Positions 23,300-37,152 of a stretch of 64,000 nt of DNA are shown piece after piece (the first letter of the stretch is position 1; each line of letters starts with the position of its first letter). The stretch spans positions 434,001-498,000 of the forward strand of contig BQFW01000005.1 in assembly GCA_020891255.1 (NCBI GenBank). The letters are read 5' to 3'. The position numbers were made by a program, and so were the translations under genes. The notes beneath the pieces were generated by a model. That model was not told where the DNA came from. It made no database searches and was given only the letters and a program-made list of their open reading frames with translations. The stretch is from Entomortierella parvispora E1425 (taxonomy: Eukaryota > Fungi > Mortierellomycota).

Positions 23300-24736
23300 A
23301 TGGAGCAGACAACCGTAGAAGAGAGTCAGCGATGGTTTGTGGCCCACGGATGGCACTTTGATAATAACAAGGATTTTGTAGACAAGGATGGTAAAGGCCG
23401 TCGTGGACTCTTGTTCAGGATATCTCTAGTTTGAGAGAACCTCAGACGTCAAGAAATGAGTTCTCACGCTTGAAGCTTGTGTTTTTTTCTCTCGACTAAA
23501 CAGGGAAATTCTTTGACTATCCGACCCAGGGCCAGCATTATGAATATCTCCAAGGTAAATCCAAAGAGGGAGTAGAGATGCAGACGGATAGTTTCAAGTG
23601 GCACCCAACAGGACGATAACAACATGGCCAAGGACCCTTCTGAGAAGAGGAACGTTTATGTACTAACCCTGTGGATTTCAACAAACGTAGAGCAAATCAG
23701 GGATCTTGTCTTCAAAGAGATGGAAACCAACTTTGACCTCGAACAACATCAGATCCCAAAAGCTAAGGGCCAGAAACCACCAGTAGATGAGGAGGAAAAG
23801 AAGGAGTTTGACGTATACTGTCCAACTATTTTTACGAGGTAAAAAAAAACTTTTTTTTTTCAATGTTCATGAGAGAACAAAACAGAGTGGACCGCAGGAT
23901 GAAGATAATGAAGACTGAAGTGCCTTTTTGTTTTCCCAGTAAGGATGCGACTTTCAAGCCGAATCTGCTCGTGATTGTTCAAGGACTGGGCATGGTTCCC
24001 CCAGGACAATGGGCAAGGAAATTGTTCACCAATGGGCTCAAGGACCAATACAAGTTGGCGACACAGATGCCCTATATTGAAAAGGCACAGAAGCACGAGG
24101 ACTGGGGCTTGGTTTTGTGTGATCCCAATCATGCAAGCCCGGAACCCAAGACGGAGGACACGCGTGCTCATCACGTTTTGCGCGTCTGGCAGGATGTCGT
24201 GGCGCCATCCAAGGCCAAGAACATAATGTATATTGGCTTCAGCGCGGGGACAGTTGCTGTACTCGATCTTTATGATACCCTATCCGTCAGTAAGTTCATT
24301 GACAAAGTCGCTGTGTGCTTGCGAACTCCTTTTTTTTTTTTTTTTTTTTTTTGCACGTTGCTAAATCATGTGGCGTTATAGGACCCGAGTTTGTCAAACG
24401 CGTGAAGGCGATCGCGTTGCTGGACGGGGAAAGCGGAGCCTCAAGGCAGGCACAGGGACAGGATGGCAAGTGGCTTCAGGACCATTCCCGGGCCTACTGC
24501 CAGAAGGGGATGTCAGGGTTCTTGGGGCCCAACAGCGAGACGGTCAACAGTATGTTCAAACCTGAGAGAGATAAAAAGTCAATTGATCTTTTTTGCTAAA
24601 ATGTCTCTCTGTTTCAATAGCTCATGATCATGACTCCGTCCCAGGGCTGGCTGTGGACTCTGTGTTTGAATTCTTGGACGAAATGCTCCAGATATTTGGC
24701 GAGGATGTCATTGCGGATAAGGAGAAGAGCCAATGA
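23300..24736 (+). CDS. Arb2/FAM172-family alpha/beta-hydrolase-fold protein (multi-exon)
   Basis: LLVIVQGLGMVPPGQWARKLFTN, TQMPYIEKA...WGLVLCDPN, HVLRVWQD, GFSAG, VKAIALLD and a final exon AHDHDSVP...VFEFL. This matches the FAM172/Arb2 signature (IQG.G....GQWAR). Start codon tentative. Confidence 0.75.
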
Positions 24737-24914
24737 GGCTAATTGTAAGTTGTCACATGGACTCGATCTTACTCCATGCGTCCATGCACTCAACTTGGCA
24801 CTCCGCCATTTCGACGCGCCGCGTTCGTTCCATCTGCATCACTCGACAATAATAAAATGGCGGCAATCCATCTGCACTGTAGACATTGAGAGCGTCACCA
24901 TCATGTCATGTCTA

Positions 24915-25093
24915 GCAGCACAACAGGGCGCACAGTGGTGGCGACAAGAGTCAGCTGAACCCTGTGATTCCAAGCATGCCAACAACCTGAACATCACTGC
25001 GACCATTTCATGCTCTTGGGTCCCGCAGCACACCAGGGCGCACAGTGGTGGCGAAAAGAGTCAGCTAAAGCCTGTGATTCCAAGCATGCCAAC
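24915..25093. repeat. Imperfect ~69-bp direct repeat, period 110 bp
   Basis: gcagcac(a/c)..cagggcgcacagtggtggcga(c/a)aagagtcagct....cctgtgattccaagcatgccaac at 24915-24983 and 25025-25093, with 4 mismatches by eye. Confidence 0.9.
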
Positions 25094-25456
25094 GAACTGT
25101 CAAAGAGAGCCTATCCCGATAGACCAGTTGATGGACGGTGATTGAGCAACCTTTAAGGTACAGTACTGCGGGAATAAGTCCACTCGGTCCATTGAGCACC
25201 TGGTAGATTGACTGCCCATACGCCTCGCCTGGGCACCAGAGCCAGAGGAAGCAGAGGGTGACAGGGAGGGACCTGAAGACGGAAATCGGCCCTCAGCCCA
25301 CAAACACATAAAAGGATTCTCTTTCGCCCTTTCCCCCTCTCTTGTCCCTCCTTTCTCAACCACCATTTTCTCGCCTTCTTTCGGAAGGTGATCTGCAATC
25401 CTCCCCTCTAACCCTTTTGATCACCCTGGCACCGCACCATCCCGCTTCGACCCATC

Positions 25457-28400
25457 ATGTTGCTGGACACTACCAACAGGATTCGTGTCCCCTCTCGCCC
25501 TCACAGACAATTCAATACTCTGGCGATTGATGCGGAAGATCCGACCGAAGTTTGGATCGATTTTGTGATGGATCATGGAGGTTTCTTCACTCTGCTTGGC
25601 CTCCCCGCACTCTGTGCAACTGTGGCCTTCATTGGACGCATGCGCTGGCTGCCAGCAAATCGTAAACCTCATCACTATGGGAGAACTGCGGCCATTTACT
25701 GGCCCACGCAAATCTCCATTTTTCTGAACATCCTCATCCTTGTGGCTTTGTTCGCCTCCTTGATCTGGAGTTCGGAATCCATACCAGTGCACGGCCTGGC
25801 TCCTGCGATTGCCCTGACTGTGGTTGCCTGGGTAAGATATGCATCCAATCTTCATCCTTTGATACTTCCGCAAAATTCTCACCCTTTGTGCTCCACTGGG
25901 CCCTTTGTAGGTCGTGGCACTGCCACTCAACACCTTGGAGCATCAATACGAGACCCGCTCGTCCGACTTTATTTTCCTATTCTTGTTTGGATCGCTTTTT
26001 CTGGATGGTCTGGCCATATACATTCTGTCCGAGGATACGAACCACAGGACTGGATCAATGTCTCCCTTTCGTTTACTCTCATGGTCCTCGCTCTTTGCCG
26101 GCTGTGCCTTATTTTTTGAGGCGTTCCCGCGAGGAAACACCAGAGTCCAGCGTCTCGGTCGCGAAAAAGGGAATCAAAGCGAGTTTGATCAGGCCAACGT
26201 CTGCTCCAGACTGACTTTTCATTACGTCCAGCGGATCATCTCTGTTGGATCAACACGACCTTTGACTCCTGTGGATCTTGTGAACACGTGCCCCGCATGG
26301 TTGGATACCAGGATCAACTACGACCTTGTTGAAAAGTACTGGTCCAAAGCGGAAGCCAAGCTCATCCGGGAGAAGGCGAAAGAGGAAGCAACCACTAGCA
26401 AGTCAGGAAAGAAAGACAGGCATCGGAACGCATTCTTTTGGGCGGTTATGCGAGCCTACGGTTTAAAGAGCTTTACGATGATGGCCTTTCGACTGACGGG
26501 TCTAGGTCTGCTCTATGCACCCCCAATGCTCTTTGGACAGCTCTTGCGATTTATTTCCGACTATTCGTCCGCGATCGAGGAAGGGGTTCCGCCACCATCT
26601 CGCAAAATCGGATTGATATTGGCAGCGGGCATGTTCTTCTTCAGTCAGCTGAGCTTGGTCATCTTGGCACAGGCGTTTTTAGCAAACACTGATCTCGGCA
26701 TTGAGGCGCGTGCGGGGACGATTGCTCTTATCTACAGGAAGGCACTGAAATTGTCGCCGGCTGCGCGTGTCAAGTCGACTCTTGGAGAGATTAGTATGTT
26801 TCTCGTTTGAAAATGTGGACGGGACCATTTTCCTTTTTTCCTTTTCAGTTAACCATTTGCTCTCTGTTTTTCTTTCTTATAGCCAACCATATGGCTGTAG
26901 ATGCGGAGCGCTGGGTGGATGCGTCTATTTTTCTTCCACTTTTGCTATCAATCCCGTAAGTTGCAACCGCTGTTCTCTGGACGCAGAGAGAGCAAGCAGC
27001 GGTTCTAGATGATAGCAGCTATGATTTTCGGGATATTCTAACCGAGGCTACTCTCTTTCAATCGACATATCCCCCTAGTCTCGAGCTATGCCTGTCGATT
27101 TACCTATTGTACAGGCTACTGGGATGGTCTCTAATTGTTGGATTGTTGGTGTTTGCCATTTTGGTCCCTCTGCAAGCTAAAAGCGGAAAATTCATCAACT
27201 CGTTTCAGGAAGAACATTTGAAGTGGATGGATGAACGTCTTCGACTGATGACCGAGATCCTAGCCAACATTAAAATTGTCAAACTTTATAACTGGTAAGG
27301 GTAGAGTGGAACAAAATACCGCCTCATAGAACAAAGAAATCGCTTTATAATACCGGAACTAACTCGTTGGCCAACTCTCTAGGGAAGTGCCATTCCGTCA
27401 GAAGGTCGACGTTCTTCGAGCTAAGGAACTGAAGGCCATCAAGGGTGTAGCGACGATCCGAGCGTTCCTCTCCATCGTGTTTTCGTCGGTGACTCTCCTG
27501 ATGGCCCTTTGTACTTTTTCCGTGTTTTCGACCGTTGGAGGACCAGACATGACTCCGGGAAAATTGAGTTCCGAGGTCGTCTTTGTCAGTATCACCTTGT
27601 TTGGAGTCATGAACCGACCTCTGGGTCAGATTGGACACATGATTTCAAAAGTCATTGCCATTGTGGTCGCCATGCAGAGAATCCAGCGGTACTTGCTCTT
27701 GGAGGAAATTGATACCACTGTTGTCCAGCGTCACAGTCGACACAACCGATCTCCCGGCCATTCGGATGTGACCAAAGCACTAGCAGTGGAAATTAAGGAT
27801 GCGACCCTTTCATGGAGCAAGCTGGAGGTCATCGAGTCTTCCGAAGAGGCTGAGGAGATTGAGCGATTGGGAGAGAGGCAGCCATTGCTTACGACAGATC
27901 ACTCCAGTCGACCTGCAAAACCAACACTTTCCGATATCAACCTGGAAATTGAGGAGGGAAAGATCGTGGCCATAGTCGGTCGAATTGGGCAGGGGAAGTC
28001 CTCGCTGTTGTCTTCCATCATGGGGGAAATGTACAAGCAAAAAGGTTCATTGGCCATTTGGGGATGTTTGGCCTATGTTCCTCAACAGGTAAGACACTTG
28101 CACGATTTCCAGGTGTTGAAAATATGATCTCGTGCTGAACTCCCTCCTCTTCCCGTCTTTATTTCACTCCCTTAGGCTTGGATCATCAATGCCACGGTTC
28201 GCGACAACATCCTGTTCGGAAAACCTTTTGATCAAATCAAATACGACAGGATCATCTATGCTTCGGGACTTATTCAGGATTTGGAGATGCTATCTGCTGG
28301 CGATATGACAGAGATTGGCGAAAAAGGCATCAATCTCTCAGGGGGTCAAAAACAAAGAGTTTCTCTTGCTAGAGCCGCGTATCAGGATGCCGATATTTAC

Positions 28401-31053
28401 CTCTTGGATGACCCCCTGAGTGCCGTGGATGCCCATGTGGATCAGCATTTGTGGCAGAATCTGGTCGGACCTGACGGTTTACTCAAGGACAAGACTCGCA
28501 TCTTGGTCACCCACGGAATTCACCATTTAGATCATGTGGATCAAATCGTGGTTCTGAAGGATGGGCAGATCTCTGAAACTGGAGAATACCAATACTTGAT
28601 GAAAGAGCGTGGGCCATTTTATCAGTTGATCAAGGAGCACGCTGTGAACAGGAGAAACCGGAAGAGGACTGCTTCGGGAGAAATCAACATGGCGCTCCCA
28701 GGCAATGTTCTTCAGGCAAAGTTGGGAAGCATTGAGCGTGTTAAAGGCTATGGCACCAGTAACGACAGTCCGTCAAACAGTGAGATAGAGAGCGCAATGG
28801 CCTCGGACGAAGAAGATACGAGCGAGCGGGAAACAATCGTGGAGGAGACTCTGAAAGCAGATAACGACAACTCGGGAGAGTTGGTTGCGGAGGAAAAGAT
28901 GGAAGAAGGAAGAGTTAGCTGGGGAGTCCTCATGACCTATGCAAGAGCAGCGTAAGTTACCTGGGGGTCAAGTGCCCGAAGAGAAGAAAAAAATGGCGTG
29001 ATACTCACTTCTCTCTTTGTTCTCTAACAGTTCACTCAAGAAGGCAATGGTTTGCATTTTATTCTATGCTTTGTCCCAAGCCTCCAGCTTGAGCACCAAC
29101 TTTTGGCTGAGATACTGGATCAGCGATAGTCAACAGCGCGAAAAGGATGGGGAAGAGGCTCGCCCTGTCTCGTATTACCTTCTCGGATATGGAGGACTTA
29201 TACTTATGTACATGCTCTTTAATATCATGAGCGACTATACAACTGAGGTCGTGTGCGGTATTCAGGCGTCCAAGATCTTGTACGACCGGCTCATGACAAG
29301 AGTCCTCCGCCTACCCATGAGTTTCTTTGATGTCACACCGTAAGTGAGGATTCAATTAGAAATGCTGTGTTTCACTGTAGCTGTCAGAGTGCTGACAAGA
29401 GAGTGCCCATTGCCTTCTAGTACGGGAAGAATCGTCAACCGATTTTCATCGGATATCAACGCTATCGACACCTCAATCCCTGAGGAATGGAACGATCTAT
29501 TTGCCCTCACATCGATTATCTGCGCCACTTTGCTCGTGATTACATACTCAACCCCTATGTTTTTGATCATGATTCCACCGTTGGTTTTGGTCTACCTCTG
29601 GATCCAAAACTACTTCATCAAGAGCTCTCAGTCCCTGAAGCGAATGTACTCCGTCTCCAAGTCTCCGTTATACCAGCATTTTAGTGAGACTTTGGCTGGT
29701 GCCTCCTCCATTCGGGTTATTGATGGACTGAAGGACCGGTTTGTTCAGTTAAATGACGAACGTGCAGATGTGATCGCTAACCGGATGAATGCATGGTCGA
29801 ACAACAATCGATGGTACTTTCTTTTTTTTTTCTTTTGGAAAAAAATCGATTGGAACGAAAACACTCAAGGATCACTAAAACCTGTTTTTCAATTTTTCTC
29901 TAGGCTGCAGCTCCGCCTAGAAACTCTTGGAGCCTTTGTGGTCTTCCTGGCTGCGTCCCTTGCGGTGATGAATGCAGAGAATTTGGATCCAAGTCTGGTT
30001 GGATTGGCCTTGAGTTACGCTCTGAATATGATTGGATACACCAATTACCTAGTGCGAACTGTCTGTGAGGTCGCTAATGTCTTGGTTTGTGTTGAGCGCG
30101 TGGATGAGTACTCGAACAAGCCAGAAGAAGCTCCAGAGTTGACTGGTGTGCGGTTGCCTCCCAACTGGCCTCAGCATGGACAAGTAGTCTTCAAGAATTA
30201 CTCGACCCGGTATAGAGAGGGCCTGGATCTAGTTATCAAGGACGTCTCCTTTACAATCCAGCCCTTGCAAAAGACTGGTATCGTGGGCAGAACTGGTGCC
30301 GGAAAATCGTCCCTGACACTGGCCCTCTTCCGCATCATTGAGGCCGCCGACAGTTTCTGGGCCAAAGCCAGTGATCCTTCTGCAGAGGAGCGATTGAATC
30401 GAGTCAAGGACGACTGCCCAATTTCGGAACCGCTGTTTACAGGAAACGACATTGGTGGCTCGATCGAGATTGACGGAATTGACATTTCGACTTTGGGCCT
30501 AAGTGATTTGCGTCGACACTTGTCCATCATCCCTCAGGACCCGACCTTGTTTGCAGGCACAGTCCGGAGTAACTTGGATCCTTTTGAGGAACGGACTGAT
30601 CATGAACTCTGGGAGGCCCTGGAGCGAGCGCATCTCAAGGATCATATCGTTTCTTTACCTGGAGGATTGACCTTCGAGGTGGCCCAGAACGGAGAGAACT
30701 TTTCGGTTGGCCAACGGTCCCTGATTTGTCTTGCACGTGCGTTGCTGAGGAGGACCAAGGTTCTCATTCTGGATGAGGCAACAGCAGCGGTGGACGTGGA
30801 GACGGATGATCTGATCCAAAAGACGATCAGAAAGGAATTCCAGGATCGGACCATCTTGACCATTGCACATCGGATAAAGACCGTCATGGACTCGGACAAG
30901 ATCCTGGTCTTAGAGAAGGGCCGAGTGTGCGAGTACGAGAGTCCACAGGAGTTGCTGAAGAAGAAGGACTCGTTGTTCTATCGACTGGCGGAACAGGCTG
31001 GCGAAGTAGATGACCCAAACCACCCTCATGCCCACAAAGCCTGGTCGCCGTAG
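25457..31053 (+). CDS. ABCC/MRP-type ABC transporter #1 (TMD0-TMD1-NBD1-TMD2-NBD2), multi-exon
   Basis: NBD1: GRIGQGKSS, IGEKGINLSGGQKQR, YLLDDPLSAVD. NBD2: GRTGAGKSS, FSVGQRSLICLAR, LILDEATAAVD, TIAHRIKT. Also ANVCSRLTFHY (L0) and FFDVTP/GRIVNRFSSD. Breaks in the ORF track are explained by GT-AG introns. Confidence 0.93.
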
Positions 31054-31885
31054 TCATTCAACGCTTGTTGATGCTGGGAAGAATGGTGCCACAGAGTGCG
31101 GGAAGTAAAGAGCGGAGCTTCGAGGCGTGTTTGTTTGTTCTGAAAATAAAAAGAAAAAAAACGCGAGAGCAGCAGTCGTCAGCATGTTCTTTCAATTGTT
31201 TGACAAATCCACTGATCGTATCTCAGGAGGTAAAGGAATCTTCAATGAGAAGTTGGCAAGGATGGAGTTTATTCAAGTACTTGGTATATCCAGATCAACT
31301 GATGAGCTCGCAATCGACGTTCCCTCTCGCGGTATGTTTGTTCAAAAGTTCTGAGCTGCATTCTCAATGGCATCCCAAGGCAATTGGTTGACCGGTGCCT
31401 CAAAGTTCCTTCCATCTGCAAGCGAAGGCTAGGGTGACGCCAAGGAACCTCTGTCTCTTTCCGCAGACTGCTGCTCTTGGAAGGGAGCATGACGAAAACA
31501 GCTCCGTTACGTTGGGTGCCATGCTCGCTTTAGATTCACGTGTACTTTTTCCCAAGAGAATCGAAAAAGAGTGAGCGTCCATTGGCTTGGTCCGATCTGA
31601 ACTCGGTCTATTTTTTTTTTGTTTTGTTTGTTCAGGGATGCTCTCAGTTCCTCCCCTTTGAACCTGTTGGAGCAAAAAAAAAAAAAAAAAAAAAATCCAT
31701 GCAGGGTTCTGGGCGACATGAGGCTGCGGCAACGGAGGGAATCTTAATCAGACGTGTGGACAAGGAGCAAAAAACTACCATAAAAGAGCAACCCTGCCTT
31801 GCTCTTTGTCCACAAGCTCAACAATCCCTCCCCCTTTTCTGCACATCGGACTTTTTCATAGCAGCATCAACTTTCCACTACTTGC

Positions 31886-34800
31886 ATGATGAGTCTTTCA
31901 TACTGTCGCGATCCAGAGGGATGGGTGAGTTTGGACCTGATTTATTGTTTTTGGATGCACAAGGGTCCTTTTGACTCAAACTCGTTACTTTCTCGAATGT
32001 AGGGACCCACGAGCGACACAAGGATCGACCTCACCCCTTGCTTCGAGGACACGTAAGTGCAGGCGCTCTGTGGCTGTGCTTTTGGATCCTGATCTGGGCT
32101 GTCGGAAATTAACCTTTTGGCTCTAATCATGATCATGACTGTAGCATCCTACTTGGACTGCCCGCATTGGTAGCCGGGCTATTGTTCGCGATCCAGGGAT
32201 GTAGGTTGTTCTCGGACCGTCAACAGAGCATCAGCCACAGGATCAACGGCCCGTATCGATATTCTCTATCGGTTGCCATCTCTGTTGTCACAATCGCCGC
32301 TTTGTTGACTAGGATTATACAACTAAAGCAGAGTGATGCAGCGCCTTCTGCCCTCTTTGCTACCTCGACTTTGTTCATCTCTTGGGTATGCACCATTGAC
32401 TCTAACGGTGTCTATTTGTATTTCAACTCTATCGCCTTGACTAATCAAGAAGGTTTCTTGTTGATCTGCACAGGTTTTTGCTCTGGTGCAAGGATACTTG
32501 CAGGCTAAACTGGAAATACGATCGTCGTCCATCATCTATGGGTTCTATGCGTATTGCATCATGGCATCGATCATTGTCATCAGGACGATGCACGACATGG
32601 GTCTCTCTGGACAGGGACAATTCATCTCCTTTTGCGTCTTCTTTGGCTCCTTGATCTTTGGATTTGTAGCAGAGGCGTGGCCGAGACAGTCAGGAGTCAG
32701 GGGCGAGAAGGGTACTTTTGACGAGGCAAATCTCTTTTCGCGGATGACGTTCCACTTTGTTCAGGACATCTTTTCAAAGGGATCGCGTCAACCACTTCAG
32801 GAACAAGATATCGCGGAAAGGATGCCTCGTCGAATCCAGACAAAGTACAGTTATTCTCATCTCGCCCGGCTCTGGGACCAGCATGTTTTGCATTGCCAAC
32901 AAAAGAACAAAGAGCCCTCCTTGTTCTGGGTCACTGTCATATCGTGTGGATGGGGTTGGATGCCTGTGACACTGTTTTCGTTCCTGCAGTCCATCATGGA
33001 GTACTCTCAAGTCCTACTGTTGACGGTGCTCCTGGATTTCATTGCGGAAACAACTGAGGCGTCCAGCACGATAGCTACCGCGGATCAGACATTGACGCAA
33101 CACCACCCCATGGTCTATGGACTTATCCTCTCCTTTGGCATGTTCCTGGCCACTTTTATGTCGACTTTGGCAGCCGGTCAGTTTTTTCAAGGATGCGCCA
33201 ATCTGGGCATTGAGCTGAAGGCTGGCTTGGTCGGCATGGTGTTTGCAAAGTCGTTGCGTCTTTCTCCAGGAGCGCGTCAGCGATCGACTGTAGGCGAGAT
33301 CTCGACCCACATGTCGGTGGATGTGGAGAGGATCGCGTTCGCCATGACTGCCTTCCCGATGATTGTCACCAGTGTGTTCGAGATCTGTGTTGGCATGTGG
33401 CTGTTGTACCGACAGATGGGACCAAGCTCTTTGACAGGCGTAGGCGTCGTGATCTTGATCTTTCCTGTCCAGGCGTGGACCGCCAAGTGGCTGAGCAAGG
33501 CCCGAGACCAAAAGTTGGCATCCATGGATCGTCGTGTCAGGGTCCTGACAGAGGTCTTGTCTGCCATGAAGACTGTCAAGATGTACTGTTGGGTAAGAGA
33601 ATCTCTCAAGTTTAGTTTCGTCTCCCGTCTGATTTTTTTTTGGTTGTCGATCATTCCAGCTGATATCGTTTTGTTATAGGAGGACTCCTTCCGAGAGAAG
33701 ATCACCCAGTTACGCAAGACGGAGCTTTCGTTCCTTCGCAAGATTGGTATCGCGTGGGCGCTGATGTGCATCATGTTCACTTCCTTGCCCCTGGTCATGT
33801 CATTGCTCACTTTCACAGTGTACTCATTGTGGGGTGGGCCAGGTGGAACTCGTGGACCCATCACGCCTCAACTCGTCTTCATCTGTGTCACCTTATTTGC
33901 TCGTCTCGGCCAACCGATCGGGCGCGTCTCTGGATTGGCAAACACCGTCATCAACATGAACGTTGCAGTGAAACGAATCCAGGTGTTGCTGCTGGAAGAT
34001 GAACTGGATCAAGACTGGATCGGTCAGCCGAGTTCTTCGAGAAAGTCCCCAGAAGATGGCCCTGCGATTGAAGTCGAAGATGGAACGTTCACATGGACGA
34101 GTGAAATCGATGTTGAGAAGAAAAAGAAGGCAGACGCTATCGCTGCGGCGAAAGTAGCAAAAGCGGCCAAATCTGCCGAGACCGAGGTTGCTCAACCAGA
34201 CAGACCAGCAACCGATCCTGCCGCTGTCACGGATGCCAAGGAAGCCACAGATTCGTCGCCTTTGCTCAAGGGGATCAATCTCAAGATTGACCATGGAAGC
34301 CTCACAATGGTCGTGGGAAGAGTGGGCCAAGGCAAATCCTCCCTTATCGCCGCAATCATCGGTGAGATGTACAAACTTCAGGGGCGAGTTGCCGTCCGAG
34401 GATCTCTGGCATACTGCCCTCAGTCTAGTTGGATCATCAATGCATCCGTGAAGGACAACATTTTATTTGGGAAACCTATGGATCAGGAGCGATACAACCG
34501 AGTCCTCGACTGCTGCAACCTACTTCCGGACCTCGCCCTCTTCCCTGCAAACGATGACACGGAGATTGGTGAACGCGGCATCAACCTTTCCGGCGGACAA
34601 AAGCAACGAGTGTCCTTGGCACGTGCAGCGTACCAGGACGCCGATATTTATATCATGGACGACCCTTTGAGCGCCGTGGATGCTCATGTTGATCAGCACT
34701 TGTGGAGGCAGTTGATCGGGCCTGATGGCCTGCTGAAAGACAAGACACGCCTGCTGGTGACCCATGGTATTCATCACTTGGCCGACGCTGACCAGATCTT

Positions 34801-37152
34801 GGTAATCAAGGATGGCGAGATTGTTGAGACTGGCCAGTACAAGGACCTTCTAGAGGCTAAGTTGGGATTCTATCAACTCATCATGGATTACCCAGTCCAA
34901 CAGCAGGAGAAGGAAGCGACTGAAGGAGAGGATGTCGATGCAACAATCGTCGAGGACGAGTCGGCAGATAGGAGCGTTCTGGACCTGACTCTTGTAAAAG
35001 AGGAAGAGAATGGGCAGTTGATTCAAGCCGAAGAGGCAGCCATTGGCAGTGTCGGATGGGCCGTCTTTCACCGCTACGTGAAATCGGCGTAAGCTCATTT
35101 TTGTTGAGAACAAAGATGCATGGGTACTTTCGTATCAACCGACGAACTCACCGACTATTTCTTCTTCTAGTTCATACATTTATTCGTTCTTGAGTCTGTT
35201 CCTCTACACGATGTCCCAGGCCAGTCAGATCGGTATCAATGTTTGGCTCCAGAACTGGTCCAACCGCCAACAGTTGCAGGAGCCAGCCTCAGTTGGGGAG
35301 CTTTTGGGAGTCTTTGCGGCTCTGGTGGTGTCCTACATGATCTTGGACACCTCGGTCAACTTGATCATTTTTATCAAAGCCGGTGTTCATGCTTCAAAGG
35401 TGATGCACAACAACCTCTTGACCAAGATTCTCCGTCTTCCGATCGCCTTCTTTGATACAACTCCGTAAGTGATGCCGCGCCTTCGCTCGGGACTCAACGA
35501 GATTCCGGATCAGAACACTGACGCCTCTATTTGATTTTTTTTTTTTTTTTAGTGTTGGGAGAATTGTCAACAGATTCTCAACAGACGTCGACAACCTGGA
35601 CGAGGAGATGCCAACCAATATCACGAACATCTATTACTTTTTGACAACAGTCGTGGGTACCCTTGTTGTGATCTCCTTTACACTCCCTATTTTCTTGGCT
35701 CTGGTTCCGTTCTTGGCCATCATTTACTTTTGGATCCAGACCTACTACATGCGCACTTCTCGTGCTCTCAAGCGCATCCACTCCATCTCCAAGTCTCCCC
35801 TCTACCAACACTTTCAAGAAACCTTGGCCGGTGTATCAACCATTCGCGCCATGGGCCTTCAGTCGCGATACGTTATTGAGAGCGCGGAAAAGTCGGATCG
35901 GTCGTCCAACGCCCACTATCATCTTTTGGTCGCGAACCGCTGGTTGAACATCCGCCTAGAATTTCTGGGAGCTCTGATCGTCCTGGCAACAAGTTTGTTG
36001 TCGGTTTCGAAGAGAGATGAGCTGGGAACGGGCAAGGCAGGTCTGGCCCTGAGCTATGCCCTGACTGTAACGTTCACGATCACGTATCTGGTTCAAGCTC
36101 TAGGAAGCTTGCAGAACCAGCTGGTGAGCGTGGAGAGGATCCAAGAGTACTGTGACAAGAACCCAGAGGCGCCAATGACCGTCGCCGATGGCAACAAGAG
36201 GGGCGATGAGAAGAAAGCAGAGATGCATACGGCCCTTTCGGATGCTGCACCACCTCAGCTTCACTTGCCCCCAACCCCACAATGGCCAGAGTACGGAAGG
36301 ATCACGTTCAAAAATTATTCGACCCGATACCGCGAGGGCATGGATTTGGTCCTGAGGGACGTGTCCTTTGAGGTCCAGCCTGGCGAGAGTGTTGGTATCG
36401 TGGGTCGCACAGGTGCCGGTAAATCTTCCCTGACTCTTGCTCTCTTCCGTATTGTGGAGGCTGCGGACAGTTACTGGGCCAGGGCCAGCCACAACAAGAC
36501 TGACTCGTCACAGCTGGAAGACACGTCGACGGAAGAACTGAAGGATATCAAGATTGGATCCCTTACTGGAGACCTTGGAGGAGGATCCATTGAGCTGGAT
36601 GGTGTGGACATTTCGACCTTGGGGCTGAAAGATCTGCGCTCACGCCTGGCCATTATCCCTCAGGATCCTACGCTTTTTGCAGGAACCGTCCGCGAGAACC
36701 TGGATCCGTTTCAAGAATGTGATGATTCGGAACTCTGGACCGCCTTGGAGCGTGCTCATCTCAAGACCAAGATCTCGTCATTATCAGGCGCACTGTCATT
36801 TGAAGTTTCGCAGGGCGGAGACAACTTTTCAGTTGGGGAGCGATCCCTGATCTGCCTGGCGCGTGCTCTTTTGAGAAAGACAAAGATCCTCGTGTTGGAT
36901 GAGGCAACAGCGGCGGTCGATATGGAGACGGACGAGTTGATTCAAAAGACGATCCGAGAGGAGTTCAAGGACCGGACCGTGCTGACAATTGCACACCGAA
37001 TCAAGACTGTCATGGACTCGGACAAGATCCTAGTGATGGAGAAGGGTTGTGTCGAGGAGTTTGACCATCCAGAGCTGTTGTTGAGGAACAAGGACTCTTT
37101 GTTTAGGAAGCTGGTGGAGCAGGCCGGAGAGTTGCCAAAGGATCTTTTCTAA
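31886..37152 (+). CDS. ABCC/MRP-type ABC transporter #2, tandem paralog of #1
   Basis: Spliced N-terminus MMSLSYCRDPEGW/GPTSDTRIDLTPCFEDT; ANLFSRMTFHF; GRVGQGKSS, LSGGQKQR, IMDDPLSAVD; GRTGAGKSS, FSVGERSL, VLDEATAAVD. Confidence 0.93.

Noticed and set aside
20651-25093. Direct repeats as a possible CRISPR array
   Set aside because: Each repeat has only two copies, units are 53-69 bp, there is no spacer series or cas gene, and the context is eukaryotic.
25457-37152. Asp instead of Glu after the NBD1 Walker B (LDDP) and non-canonical NBD2 signature (FSVGQ/FSVGE)
   Set aside because: This is the normal degenerate-site asymmetry of the ABCC family, not a novelty.
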